From NCBI GenBank assembly GCA_016748015.1, contig JAAOMT010000786.1:193903-257902 (forward strand): a stretch of 64,000 bases of DNA, given 5' to 3'. Origin of the DNA: Geosiphon pyriformis uo1. Its lineage: Eukaryota; Fungi; Glomeromycota. Positions 12,863-26,035 of this stretch are shown here, one piece after another. The position numbers and the translations under genes are program-made. Under the pieces are notes generated by a model. It saw only the letters and a program-made list of their open reading frames with translations. It was not told where the DNA came from and ran no database searches. The stretch's first letter is position 1; each line of letters starts with the position of its first letter.

Positions 12863-13212
12863 TGTTGTTCTGGCTAGTCTGAATGTCTGGTCATGTGTAG
12901 CAAAGGCATAATTCGTGCCTAGTTTAGATCATTTGTATGATGTATAGCACTAGGTGGTGTTTGAACTTCACTCATTAAACTTTAATAAAAAAAAAAAAAA
13001 CAGAACAAAAAATTAAAATAATATTTAATTTTTATTTTATGTTATTTAATTATAATTGATAAAATTTAATATTGTTTTTTTATTTTTTTAATAAACTAAT
13101 AATTTTTGTTGTTTTTTAATATTTTATTTTATTTTGCTATTAAAAATTTTTTATAAGACTATTATAATATTAAATTATGTTTATAATAAATAAATTATAT
13201 TTTTGGTTTTTT

Positions 13213-13249
13213 TTTTTATTAGGCATTTTAACGAGTGAAGTCCAACTGC
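13213..13249 (-). mobile_element. 37-bp severely 5'-truncated LINE insertion (3' terminus + A tail) with 10-bp TSD
   Basis: The reverse complement GCAGTTGGACTTCACTCGTTAAAATGCCTAATAAAAA matches the LINE 3' end (TTGAACTTCACTCATTAAAC, 12961-12980). TTGGTTTTTT occurs at 13203-13212 and 13250-13259. Confidence 0.8.
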
Positions 13250-13575
13250 TTGGTTTTTTAATATTATATAACAAAAATTATAAATTTAAGAATTTTTTTA
13301 ATAATAATAATAATTTATTAAATAATATATATAATTATACATAAATATATAAATTATTTTATTATTTAAAAAAGCAAAAAAATTATAAAACAAAATATTT
13401 AAAATAAAAAAATATATTGTTATTATTATTTATTTATTTATTTATTTTTTTTAATTCATTTAACAAGTAAGGTTCAAACACTACTTAGAACTATACATCA
13501 ATAAAATAATCTAAACTAAGCATGAATCATGCATTTTTTACATGTGACCAGCCACTCGAGCCAGTCAGGACAATA

Positions 13576-16500
13576 CTATACACTTATATTGACAAAAACC
13601 AGGTCACCAATACCTGAAAAAAATGAGCAAGACTTGCAAAAGCCAAAACGGACACCAAAAGCTTCAGCAACACCAAGCAGTTTAATCACACCAGCTGAGA
13701 ACCCTGAAACCAAACCAGAAACCAAGATAAAGATTGAGCCATCTACAGGAATCAGGCCATTCTTTTTCATAAATGCGTGATGTCTAGCATAGACCAACCA
13801 AATTTTATTCCTAAAAGCAAGACAAATAGATTGCACAAAATCAGAAATTTTAACACCAGCAACTTTGGAATCATGGAAGACGGAAATAGCCTCCTGAAGT
13901 CATCTATTGAAAACAAAACCCTTGTAAAAAGCTAAGAAAATCAGGAGATTCAAAACACAGTTTGACAACAGCTGCAATACACCCGAAGAAGAAAGGAAGA
14001 GACCAGAAAGCACCTTTCAAGAAAACATAAGATTCCAAGACCTGATAACAAACTGAATCATCAACCATACAAGAAAACACATGATCAGACACCTCTACTT
14101 TATCACAATACAAATACAGAACACTAGGGTAATATTTGTTATAAATGCACTTCCAAATAGCTATGGAAAGCTGACAGTATAAAGTCTTTATGAGGTAAGT
14201 TCGAGCTTCAGCAGTCAGCCTGCTGGTGAAACCAGTGGTCATATGCAAATCAGGGTGCCAAACCTTGGAAGAACAAAGCCAATCAACATTTGAATGCAGA
14301 TCACTATCTAGAAAACCAGAACCAGAACCAACCTCCCAATGCATCTGACAAACAGCATAAAAAACATCACGAACAAAGTGCCTAAAATTACCAGACACAA
14401 TACTACCATCTGCCAACAAAAAATGTTCATCAACACAAGGAGGAAGATACTAACCAGAGAGAGATGTAGTATTAGCAAGACTATCAGCATGATCATTCTC
14501 CAAAATACCAGAGTGGCCCTTAACCTTGTACTATTTAACTCTTAAATTCTTACTGTGAATAACATTCTTGATATGCCGACACTTGACCCAACACTGATTG
14601 CAAAAATCAGGACACACTAAATCAGACTCTGACCTGCAAGCATCCAAAGCTGCCTGACTATCCAAAAACAGATGAACAGAACAAGCCACAGGCACACACT
14701 CTAGAGCCAACGCTATAGCCTGTAGTTCCATCAAAGTGAAAGACATTAAGCTCTGAACACTGACACCTAAACCCAAATTAATGTTCTTAAAAAAGACAGC
14801 AGCTCCGGCTCTACAACTGACTGTGCCCAAATTCTTCAAAGAACCATCTATGTATATAAACAAGCTATCAGCGCTAACCCAAAAAAGACGATTACAAACA
14901 GATACAAAATCATTAGAGCCACAAATGTCCAGAGGGCCAATACCAGCCGATGCCGAGGGAGAAAAATGAAGAGCCACAAGAAATGCAACAGAAATATCAA
15001 ACCATTTGGGAACCAGACCATGAGGGTCCAGTCTCTTCCACTTCTTAAAGATGTGCCAGCTAAAAACACTACCAAAACAATCACAAAGCTGGTCCACAAA
15101 GACAATGCCATATCACTAGAGAGAAGGTAAAACCTTATAAAACAAAGACTCACCAAGAACAACAGACATAGGTATTCCACTATGAAACTGGAAAGAGCTG
15201 GCCAAAGAGCTGCCCAAAGATAACTTGCAGTCAAAAAGAATTTGAACCATGCCAGCTAAGAAATTATTAGAAACATTGACATGAATACAAGCAGAAGAAA
15301 CCAATGAATGGACAAGTCGCCAACACTAAACCTGTAAGTTATGAGACCTGTGACCAAACAAATGCCTCAAAATCTCACCAAAGTTTGCAAAACTAATAAG
15401 TAAAACAACTTTACTCTTAGATTGACACTGCAAAAAAGACTTTAAACCATAAAAGGAGGGGTGGTGAATTGTATTACTAAGAAAGTCCAGTAGAAGACCA
15501 GATTTTAGCTTCAAGCCTTTGCAAATCAAAGCATCCCATTTGTTGCACATATCAACAGAAACAAAGCTAAACTGTGTCCTATAGCTTACAATAGGATAGA
15601 GAACCACCAAAACTAAATACAAAAACTGTTTATCTGAGACAGTTTTCTTCAACACCAAATTAGTGAAAAAACAAACATCTGAATGCACCCTTACCAAACT
15701 AGGTTTGAAAAGACCCTCAGTTAAAAGAAAAATACCCAAGTATCAATGAGACTCTCCCTTTTTGGCAATTGAAATAGGTAGACCACTAATAGAAAGAGAA
15801 GAATTGCTGACTCTGCTGTTAATGAGAATCACCACTGTTTTGTTATTGTTAATTGAGATATCATTGATCCGAAAAAATTCACTAGCAACATTGAAAATAT
15901 GTTGAATAGTGCTTTGACTACTATCAACCCAAATTGTATCATTAACAAAGGCACCAGCAGAAAAAAAAGAAGAATGCCTAGCACAAGATTCAGCATGACC
16001 ATTCTTGGAAATAAAATGAGAATTCAGCCTATATTTACACACACTCTCCTGACACTTGACTTCACACAACAATAGATCATAAAATATTTGCCACAAAAGG
16101 GGGGAGAAAACTTCTCCCTGATCCAGGCCATCATGTACATAATAACCATCTGTCAAACCAAAATCTGTCATAATCCAGTTGGTATGATCATTGTGAATGT
16201 TGCCAAAAAAACAAATGAATTTGCTACACATCTTAATTCTGATTAAACTATTTTTGAAATGCTCCCAGCCAACCAAATTATATGCTTTCCGCATGTCTTG
16301 TAAAACCAGCCAAAGCTCATGGTTCTTTTTCAAAGTGTTTTCAACTACCGAACCAATTGCAAAAATAGGAGACTGAGTTGTCGTACCCTTTAAAACTGAG
16401 AAATTGTCCCCATAAAGGACATCAAAAGCACTATATGCTGAAGAAATCCTGTCAAAAAGAATCTTAGAAAGAATTTTACAAGCCGTTTTGATCAAAGCAA

Positions 16501-18253
16501 TAGGACAAGTGTTGGTTAAAACACCCTTCCACTCATACAGTTTGGGAATCATTGAGATTCAGACCTCTTTTTAAGAGCCAGGCACCAATTCATTAAACAG
16601 ACAAAGATTCAAAATTACCAAAAACATATCCAAAACAGACTTATTGCAATGTTTCCAAAGTTCATTTAATATACCAGACAAACCAGCAGCTTTGCTATCA
16701 GGCAAGCCAGAAACCACCCCAAAGAATTCATCAAAACCAATTGGACACATAACATCAGAAAAGACCTCATCAAAAACATATTTCAAAAGTTAATATTGAT
16801 GACACCAATCAATTAATACTTCATCTACCATGTAATGCTTCTTGGTCTATTTTTCCATAATTATATCTACCTTAGATTTAACCAAACCAGATTCCAAAAT
16901 CAGATCATCATCAACCACCAGATGGTCTAGCACCACTTTATAAAACGGACACTCCAGCACATTTCTGATCATATGGCCCTTGTTAATCTCAAAGTTCTCC
17001 ATTCTTCTATCAATGGCAGACCTAATGTTTGCTTCCTTAGCCCTCAGAGATTCAGCAAGTTTAGAAACACAATAAAACTTCCTAGCACCAAAAAGAGCAG
17101 AACAAATATGATCAAAACCAGCACCAGAATTCACCAGATCCTGAACAACAGAAGACTTGACATCGTTCACAGAACTCCAGTATTTCATAAGATAAACAAA
17201 TTTTCTAGCATCTTCCCCATGTAAAGTCTTAATGATCCTAGAAACCAAAAGCTCCAATTTATAAAATTTCAAAAAATCTTTGGTGAAAACTTCATTAAAC
17301 CCTTTAAACCACTTTTTTTTGAAAATTTCATTAACCAAAAGAGTCATAACTTTGCACACAATACACCATATAGCATCCAAATCCAAAAACCTCACAGTCA
17401 CAGTGAATTCACCTGAGAACATTGCAGCATTTACCAGCATAGAACTTTTAAAATTATTTCATTTAATCTCATCAGCACCCTTGAAATTGAACTTCCATCA
17501 ATCCTTATTCATTTGTTTGCAAAGAGAGTTTAATCTCGTATCTAGAAGGCCACCCAAATCCAAAGACACAAAAACAGTCCTGTGATCCATATCAAAATGT
17601 TCACTGACAATGAAAACATCGTGCTGCATTATCACATTCACCAGATTTGAAGAAACAAACACATAATTAATCATCTTTAAAACACCCTGAGAATTGCTCC
17701 AAGTTGGCACTTTAGTAAAAGAGCTTTCACCTAAAGAATTAACCAAACCCAAATCATGGCACCTCTTAAAACTAGTGCACTTATGAGATCCATCTTCGTT
17801 GAAATTACCACCAAAAATAACAAAAGAAGATTCATTCACAGCCCTTGTAATCAAGGAATTAATCTCATCAGCCTAGAAAAATTGAGTAGCCAAAGAGGCA
17901 CCAGCATACAGTCCCAGAATTGAAACCGAAAGTTTATTCTTAAAAAGTAACTTAATGCAAAGAAAACAATCTGGAATCTCAAAAACCTTATATACATACT
18001 TAGCCAAGGATCTGTTCATAACAATTGCAACACCAGCACCCACATAGCCAAAATCCAAACCAGAAGAAAACACACAAACATCATCAAATTTGTTGACCAA
18101 CCAAAGGCGAGCCTTATTTTTTAACTTCATTTCCATGAAAATTGAAACCAAATTGTCCATATCTTTATGCCATCAAACAATATCGTCTTGTTTTACAGGA
18201 TTGTTCATGCCCTTTATATTGCACATGGCAACTTTCCAAACTAAAACACTCAT
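13576..18253 (-). pseudogene. LINE ORF2 (APE-RT-RNase H-Zn finger)
   Basis: Fragments with GGNFNE, DMDH, QDMRKAY, GLDQGEVFSP, AFVND, YIDGSL and LDSQAA; many in-frame stops. Confidence 0.93.
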
Positions 18254-20208
18254 TGAAAAATAAAAGCAGCTGATGAACCCAAACCTGAGCACAAACAATT
18301 CAATTTTTCCAAGACAGATTTAACCAACACTTCCAAAGCCACTATTTTGAATTCCAATCCACCCACTTTGGATGTTAAAACTTTAGAACTGCTCAGGCCA
18401 AGATCAGCAGCTGGGTCAGTAACAATCAAAAGTGACAGAGAGGAAAACACTGTTGTGACATCCAGAGTCATATCAGAGTCCAAATTGGATGTAACAGATG
18501 CAAGAACAACTGAAGAGAGGACAGGAGGTTTGGATGCCAATGGCACCAATTCCACAAAACTCAATTTTTTCATAATACCAGAAACCTAATCCATTAAAAG
18601 CTCTAAAGAGCATTCCAAAAAAGCCAACCAATCAACCAAATAAAAATCGCCAAAGGAATTAGAATTCATTAATGCAAGCTTTGGGCTTAAAGGTGAACCA
18701 GATTCCAAAGACTCCGACGAAACTACATGAGAAAAAGAACTACCAGCCACCTGGGCCCAAGTTTTCCCACTGAAAAAAACTGGTTGAACAATTGGTACTT
18801 GTTTTTTTTTATATATATTAGCCAAACAGACCTGATCTTGAGGAGTTACCACCTGCTTACCACGAGCACCAGAATTCCCATCTAATGAACATCCTGTAGA
18901 AATATGACCAAACTGTTTGCAATGAGCACAACAGGCCAAAGAAAGACCAGCCCAGTGCAAATTCACACCCTTAAACACTGGAGTGAAACCAATAGCAGCC
19001 AATTTGGATGCCTTGTCAACAAAACACACAATTGCACATCTATCATATACATATGAAGTAGGATTATGGCCAATGAAACAAGTTTTTTTACCATATGATT
19101 CCAACAAATCCGAAAGATCATGAGCTGTTGTACCAACTGGAAAAGTATATAGCAATGCTCAATGTTAATCCCTGGAAACCCACGATTGTTTATTTTTAAC
19201 AGCTTTAACCACACAAACAGAATCCTTTTCCATAAGAACAGACCATTTAGCTGCGACCAAATCAGCTATCTCTAATAACTCAAACTTCACCAAAGCTTTT
19301 TGCTACAAACCAATTAACTGCATCTTGATTGACACAATTTTTCCAAATTTAGAGAAAACAGATTTCACAGCCAACTTAAGAAGATTGACCAGAATCTTCT
19401 TGACAACAATTTCCTTATCTGAATATTTATTTACCTTCTTTAGATCATTATTAACAATAATATTTTCACAGACCACCAATTTTCTTGCCTTATTCATACT
19501 AGATTCAGAAGTAAAAGAAGCTTTAATAATCTCTGGGAATTTTGAGGAAGTAGAGGCTCCCCCAAAACCATCAATTCTATAGAAAATTTTTTTGATTGAA
19601 ATTAATTTATTGCCATTAGTCTTTTTAGGCACAACAGCCAAATCCACGTCCAAAGTGAATGATCTAACTGGCTCAAAGCTACAGCTCTCTGAAACATGTA
19701 ATTTGGCTAATGGCAGCTGATTGGATCCAGCAAACTTAGGCTTAGGAAGCACCAACTCAGTATTGTTGTCACTTAAGTTTTTAAAGGAAGATGTTTTTGG
19801 CAGTGGTCCCAAAACATAGGTCTTTGTTCATGTTTTTCTAGACATTGCATCATCTACCATGTTGTCAGTCTCAGAAGTGTTAGAATTCATGTAACTAGTC
19901 TCTTTAGCTATCATGTTGTTCATGTCACCAATGTTAGACATCTCACTAATGCTGGCATCCTCACTCTCAACTTTGCTGCCCCAAGACACCTTGTGTTCAC
20001 CACAGTTCATCTGTAAAACGTTACCAGAAAGAGATCCAGCCAATGAGTCCACTACTACTCCAGCAGTAACAGATTTTTTTGATTTTTTATACGAAGGATT
20101 CCGAGCATATACACTCTTAATTCACGCTTTTTTCTTAGTCCTAGACTGGGATCCCAACTCAGCCGAACCAGTACCAGAACTACCAGCAGAAGAGCTTACT
20201 GGTTCTAT
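18250..20208 (-). pseudogene. LINE ORF1
   Basis: CAHCKQFGHISTGC knuckle; GFGGASTSSKF. Start decayed to ATA at 20206-20208. The stop overlaps the ORF2 ATG. Confidence 0.9.
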
Positions 20209-20477
20209 CACAACAAAATTGGAAACATTAAAAGAAATAACTAAAGAAAATAAGGGGGAAGGGGAAAAGAAAAAGCCAAATCTTCAGCAATATAAATGCT
20301 CTCATTATGGTCAGAGGATCGACAAGAGAAAAAGTTTTTTATTTATTTTTGAATAAAAACCAAAAAAAAAATAATTTATTTTTTGTTTCTTTAATTTTAT
20401 AATTATAATTAAAGCAAAAAATAAAAAAGTTATATTTAATTTTTTTTTTAAAATATCTGTTATAAAAACAGCTAAAC

Positions 20478-20699
20478 AAAATATTTTAAAAGTTTTTTTT
20501 TAAGTAATAATAATAAAAAGCTGTTTCTAATAACTTTTAAAGCATTTTTTTTATCTTTAATTGGTTTTTTACCAGTCAAAGTTTTTTTTAAAAAACATAT
20601 TTGAATTAGTTTTAGTGTTGTCTTTACTTTTACTAAAAGCCTAAAAGTTTTTAATAATAGATTATTTAATAAACTGATTTTTTTAATTATTATTACTAT
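20478..20699 (+). repeat. Second copy of the AT-rich ghost repeat
   Basis: Colinear with 1477-1710. Confidence 0.65.
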
Positions 20700-21457
20700 T
20701 ATTACGATTGAAACTCACATTTTTTATTAATTATTATATATATTAGCCACTAATGTTACATAATTAGCCACCTTATTTTTAGATAGTAATCATTAATCTA
20801 ATCATTGACCTAACTGTTAACCTGATTATTACTTTAATCATTGATTTAATTAATGACTTGATCATTGATTTAATCATTGACCTAGTTATTAATCTGATTA
20901 TTGATCACTTTTAATAGCTATATAAGCAATAAATCTCTTAGCTGTAAAAAAACATATTAAAAATACAAGGCATATTAGAAATAAAAAAAATTAAATAAAT
21001 AAAATAACAACTTTTATCTTAATTTTTCTTTTATCACTAATTTCTTCTTTTTTTACTTTCAAGTATTCAAATATTTTGGAATAAAAGATTACTTGTTGAT
21101 TATTCCCTACTTTTTTCCTAAAATATATAATTGTATTATTTAAAGATTATTGAATAAAATATAACTAAAAAGTATATTTGATACTTAATATTGAATTCTA
21201 AAAGTGCCAACATAAGACATAGAATTATACCAGTATGTGATTATTTGTTAACAGTACAAACTATTCCTCTACTTTCAGATTCCTAGTTATTTTTTGAAAA
21301 GTATAGCAACTGAAATATTTTATAAGATTGATCTTACACATTGAATTCATACTTATTCAATTTACTCTTTGAAGTTGAATTCCCTTTGATTTCTTTTATT
21401 ACTCTACAATTTTGTTCTTTTTTGCTATCTGTTAACTTGTTATTCCAACCCATAACA
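20700..21457 (+). repeat. 5' LTR of element C
   Basis: TATTACGATTGAAAC...CCCATAACA. It is the reverse complement of the F 3' LTR (30688-30716 + 40723-41422). 12-bp U3 array and TATATAA near 20919. Confidence 0.9.
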
Positions 21458-21463
21458 TAAATG

Positions 21464-21480
21464 TGATGCTTTCTGTAAGA
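21464..21480 (+). promoter_or_regulatory. Primer-binding site of C (decayed)
   Basis: TGATGCTTTCTGTAAGA equals the B PBS TGGTGCTTTCTGTGAGG with G->A changes. Confidence 0.8.
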
Positions 21481-21509
21481 TTGTCAAAATCCACTTTGTT
21501 TTTTATTAT

Positions 21510-24500
21510 ATGGATGATTATTTATATTTGTTACAACAATCAGAAGAACATTTTGAAGCACACAACAAAAACAATCTAGACTTTATTAAACTTAATTCTT
21601 TGCTCTCCTACTTAATTTGCTTCTCCATTGAAGAACAATCTAGTAGACAATTCCAAGACTTTTGGAACTGGTTCTTGAATAAACATTCAGCTAAAATCTA
21701 CACAGCTTATACAACCTATTACTTTGACCAAACTTATTTTAAAGACAACTTTAAAGAAAGAAACAACAATATTAATTAACTTTTATATTCCACAATCTTT
21801 AAACAACAATCTCCTAATTCTAAATATTTAAATCACCAAATTCACATTTAGATTGCTGCTGTTACAGATGATTATTTGGGGTCTCAAAGCAAATAACAAA
21901 TCTGTAACTTTGCTCAATTAATATAAGGATGTTTGTTTCTGAAGATTAATTGTATTTGAAGGTTTTGGTTGAGTTTTTTGTATAATAGACAGAGTTTCAA
22001 TAGTTGTTTTTCAGTTACCTCCCAGAATTGTAATTCTATTAAATTTTTTTCTTAGCATAGTGGCCAGTAATCTTCCTGGTAAGCTATTCTCAAATCTATG
22101 AGTTCTCTACCCTTGTTTTATGGGTCTTTTACCAGTCTTTATGACATCTATAACTCAGCATTTTTTAATCTTTAATCAATTAGTAAAACAAAAAGAAATA
22201 ACAAAGAAAATAAAAAAAATAAAAGAAAATAAAGAAATAAGCCAAGACAATTGTAATTTAGTATTCCATTAATAGCCATGATCAAGAGCTATTGTTCTAG
22301 TGTGTTTTAAGTATTAATTACTATCAACATAAAGAGTTGATAGTGAATAGTAAATTTAAGATAGTGAATAATTATTTATTGATATTTGTGATGTGAAAGA
22401 TTGCTTAAATCAAATCTAAACTAAGAGGTCTGTCTTTTCTATTTCTAATACTGTTGCTATATATACATAATTGAGATTTCTCAATCTCTCAATTTTTCAC
22501 ACCAGGAATTCTGCAATTCCTTTGAAAAGAATTCTGAAATTCTGGAACTCTGTAATTCTTTGTATAAGAATCCTGAAATTTCTGGAATTCTGCAATTCCT
22601 TTTGAGAAAAATCTTGGAATTCCATATCTACTATGACTACCTCTAATTGGCTAATTTATATACTAATATACTTTTTATATTTCATGAGTAACACTGCCTA
22701 TTAGCTAGCTAAAACACTCTTTGAAACAAAAAAAGAAAGCTATCAAACTGCTTCTGTTTTTGATCTTTTCTCAAGTGAATCAGAACATTTTATACAAACA
22801 GCTACTTCTGAACCAATGGCTAATAACTCTATGCAATAAAACATTCTGATCACTCTCTAGAGTATACAAACTGCTTTAAGATAAAAAAATAATACACCAC
22901 TATCTTTATTCAAAAATAATACACAAGATCCAATTAAATAATTAGATGACTTTGAAAGAGCTATTATAGCCAACCAATATAATAATAAATACAAGTTCCA
23001 AATTGTTGGTGGTTACCTTCAAGGCTCTTTTGCTACTTGGTTCTCACAAGAAACCAATGCTAATACTCAGCAAAGAATTATTAAATAGACACTAGCAAAT
23101 ACTGGAGAAGACAATATTTTTTTTATTACCTGGTTTCAAATAAAATTTAGAACTCCTATCTTGATATCTAAATGGTACATAGAATTAAAAAGAAAAACCC
23201 AAAGTCCTGGTGAAGTTGTAACTGAATATGTCAAAGCAATCAGAAAGTTGATTAAGTAGATAGACTCTAAAAAAAACTGAACAGAAGAACAAAAAATTCA
23301 CTCCTTTACAAAAAGATTGAGGGCTGATTTTTTATATGCTCTTTGGCCCCTTCTGGCCCTAAAAAACAATTCCACAATGAATATGGCTATTGAACTAGTC
23401 TAATAAATTAAAGACAACCAAAAATGCACTTAGAATCCACACTACTAGTTTTTGCTTCTGCTTTTGTTATGGCTTCTGCTCCTCAAATGGCTGCTACTTT
23501 TTTTGCTGCTCAGACTCCAAATTTCAATGAACAATTAATAGATAGACTTACAGCTAATCTTGTCCAGTTATTAAAGCTCTTAGCCTAAGCAGTTAGAGAA
23601 AATCAACAATCCCAAAGACCCAAATTTAAATTCCATTTTAATCAGCCCAAACAACACTCTTATCAAAGACAACAAAATCATGGCTCATCTATATGTTATC
23701 ACTTTAGATTAACTAAACATTTCTCTAGAAATTACAACAATTCTCCTCTGTTTTCTTCAGCTCTCAGAAACAATAACAATCAAAACAATAGAACTATTAA
23801 CAATAATATCTTTAACCAAAGACCCAATTATGTCAACATTAATTTCTTTGGAAAAGATCTTTTAGTTAAAGCCACTGTTTATTAGTCTTTAAACTGGTAA
23901 GCACACCTCCAAAGGGTAAGAGTACAAGCCAACCAGAAAAAAACCTCTTTTACACTTTAACCTAACTTATGATGACTATGACATAGATAAACTAACAATC
24001 AACAAGAAAGAAGAAAAAAGCCAAGGTTGATTTCATTCTAGATCCAAATAAAGCATTTACATCAACTATTGAAAACAATAAACCACCAAAGACTAAAGTT
24101 TTTAAAAATTCTCCAAAGTTAAAACTCCCAAAAATAGTACAAAAATCTGGTTTTTATTCTGTTGTCAAAGATTTCATGGAAACCCCAGCTCATATTATCT
24201 TTGGCCAGCTAATAACTTATTCACAATTTAAAAAAAACCTTTGTAAATCCTTAATCCCAAAGAAAAAGACACCAAAAACTAACAAGTGTCTTCAACAAGC
24301 TGAACTTGCTGACAATAGCAATGTTACTTCTCTAATCTATAAAGCCCAAGTGGCTGGCTACTTTATTGATTTAATCTTAGACAGTGGATTATCTGTTAGT
24401 ATTATTGTCAAACATTTTTTTGAAGCAATTAGCAAAAAGATTGATAAACTCTCAACTAGACCAATGATTAATGTACATGATGACAAAAAAAAAGGGCTTG

Positions 24501-25800
24501 GTATAGCCAAAGCTATTTCTATTCACATCAATAACATCAGCATTAAAACTGACATGGAAATATTCAAAGCAAAAGAGTATACCATAATTGTTGGCAATGA
24601 GTGGCTCAAAAAAGTCAAAGTACTACTTGACTATAAACTTTGTGAACTAATTATCAGATGTGGTGAGAAATCCATTGTGATTAAGTGCTGTCATTAGACA
24701 ACTCTTCTAGTAACCAAGCAGAACCAAGAAGAAAAACAATTAAATAAATTAGATAATGATAAGAGCAATAAAGAAAAAAATCAGAAAGAACAAGAAAAAA
24801 CTGTTGAACTTGCCTATACTATTTTTACCAATAATAGCAAGCCACTGGACAATATTAAAACTGACAAAGAAAAAATTATGGCAAATGGCAAGCTGACTTG
24901 CTGGCCCTACTATGATATCCTCAGAAGAACTTTTGATAGAAAACCTGGCAAGAAAACCAAATACAGCTATTGATGGTATAGTCTTTATGCCAAGTGTTAG
25001 TACAATAAACTTTTGTATTTTCCTAGTGATAAATACAAGTCTTGCCTGATCTATTACAAAGATTGGAAGCCAATTAGTTTGATACTCAGAGAAGAACTAA
25101 AAAAAGTACAAAAGTTCTTTGAAAATAAACCATCTGAAATCTAATTACTAGTTGTAAAACAAAAAAAACCTTTCTTTGAAGAAAGAAAAGTGGACATTGA
25201 AAACTTGTTGGCTAGAAATAGCCCAGTTATCTTAAAAGAAAGTAACACCCTGAACAAACCCATGTGATACAACACACTATTATTACCAAAGAAACTTATC
25301 TCATCCATTTGAAACTTTATCAATTCAATTGGCACAATAATAAGTTTATCAAAAAAGAGATAACTCAAATGAAAAATCTTGGATTCATATAAAAAACCAA
25401 GAGTAAATGGACTTTCTCAGTTGTAGTAGTATTCAAGAAAAATAGAATTCTATGCTTTTGTGTTGACTATTACTAATTAAATGCTATTACTATAAGAAAC
25501 ATGTATCTACTCTCCAAAATTGATGCAATGTTAGACAAATTCAATAGCACTGCTTTCTTCTCAATCATTGACTTAACTATTGGATTTTAACAAAATAAAA
25601 ATGAATTCAGAAAGTAAAAAAAAAACTGCTTTTATTACTAAGTATGGCATTTACAAATTCACAGTTATGCTTTTTGGTCTTACTAATGCTCCTCCTATTT
25701 TTTAATGCCTAATAGACAAAGTATTTAAATCAGTAAAAAAAAACTTTGTTTTGATCTATTTAAATGACATAATGGTATACTTAAAAACCTAAGATGAACA
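21510..25800 (+). pseudogene. gag-pro-RT(partial) of element C
   Basis: Capsid-like DPIxWLDDFERA, decayed CCHC near 23690, aspartic protease DSG, RT SPVVV/FCVDY/MxFGL. Confidence 0.88.
21860..22693 (-). mobile_element. Solo LTR D1 (B-related family) in gag of C
   Basis: TGTTACAG...GAGTAACA; perfect TSD CTGC (21856-21859 / 22694-22697). Termini are shared with the B LTRs. Confidence 0.95.
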
Positions 25801-26035
25801 GGTAAATTTTTTACAAATTTTGGCAAATTCTTAAATATTACATAGTTTGGAGTATTATGTAATTTGATTATCTTAATTTCTATTATATAAATCGAGTTAT
25901 TAATTAAATAATAATATTTAATAATTTAATTAAATAATAAATAATAATTGAAACAATATTAATATATGTTAATTAATAATGAAAATTATAAAAGTAATTT
26001 TATGCTAATTAATGGCTAAAATTCTATTGATAACA
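25801..26035 (-). repeat. Fragment of a family A LTR (U3 end), fused to truncated C
   Basis: Aligns to about 8610-8848 and 58800-59038; ends ...TGATAACA. Confidence 0.85.

Larger units (their letters stand above)
5277..12997 (+). mobile_element. LINE copy c, full length, poly(A) tail, 13-bp TSD, interrupted by a solo LTR
   Basis: TSD AAACAGAACAAAA at 5264-5276 and 12998-13010. Pyrimidine-rich 5' end, ORF1, ORF2, 3'UTR, AATAAA and poly(A) at about 12984-13000. Confidence 0.95.
13450..20334 (-). mobile_element. LINE copy d, full length
   Basis: 5' terminus CTTTTTCTCTTGTCGATCC, ORF1, ORF2, and a 3'UTR like copies b and c. Probable low-complexity TSD TTTATTTATTTTT at 13437-13449 and 20338-20350. 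Confidence 0.92.
20700..25800 (+). mobile_element. Ty3/Gypsy element C (family C/F, no dUTPase), 3'-truncated in RT
   Basis: 5' LTR 20700-21457, decayed PBS, gag, protease LILDSGL (24176-24697), RT up to YLND(D). Homologous to F (55468-58098). Confidence 0.9.

Noticed and set aside
331-19582. Numerous 60-150 aa antisense or alternate-frame ORFs over the LINEs and Gypsy pol
   Set aside because: Shadow ORFs of TE coding regions with no recognisable domains; no host gene is supported anywhere in the window.
20790-20910. Short repeat arrays as CRISPR or telomeric repeats
   Set aside because: Tandem 9-20 bp units without unique spacers, located inside LTR U3 regions; no cas genes.
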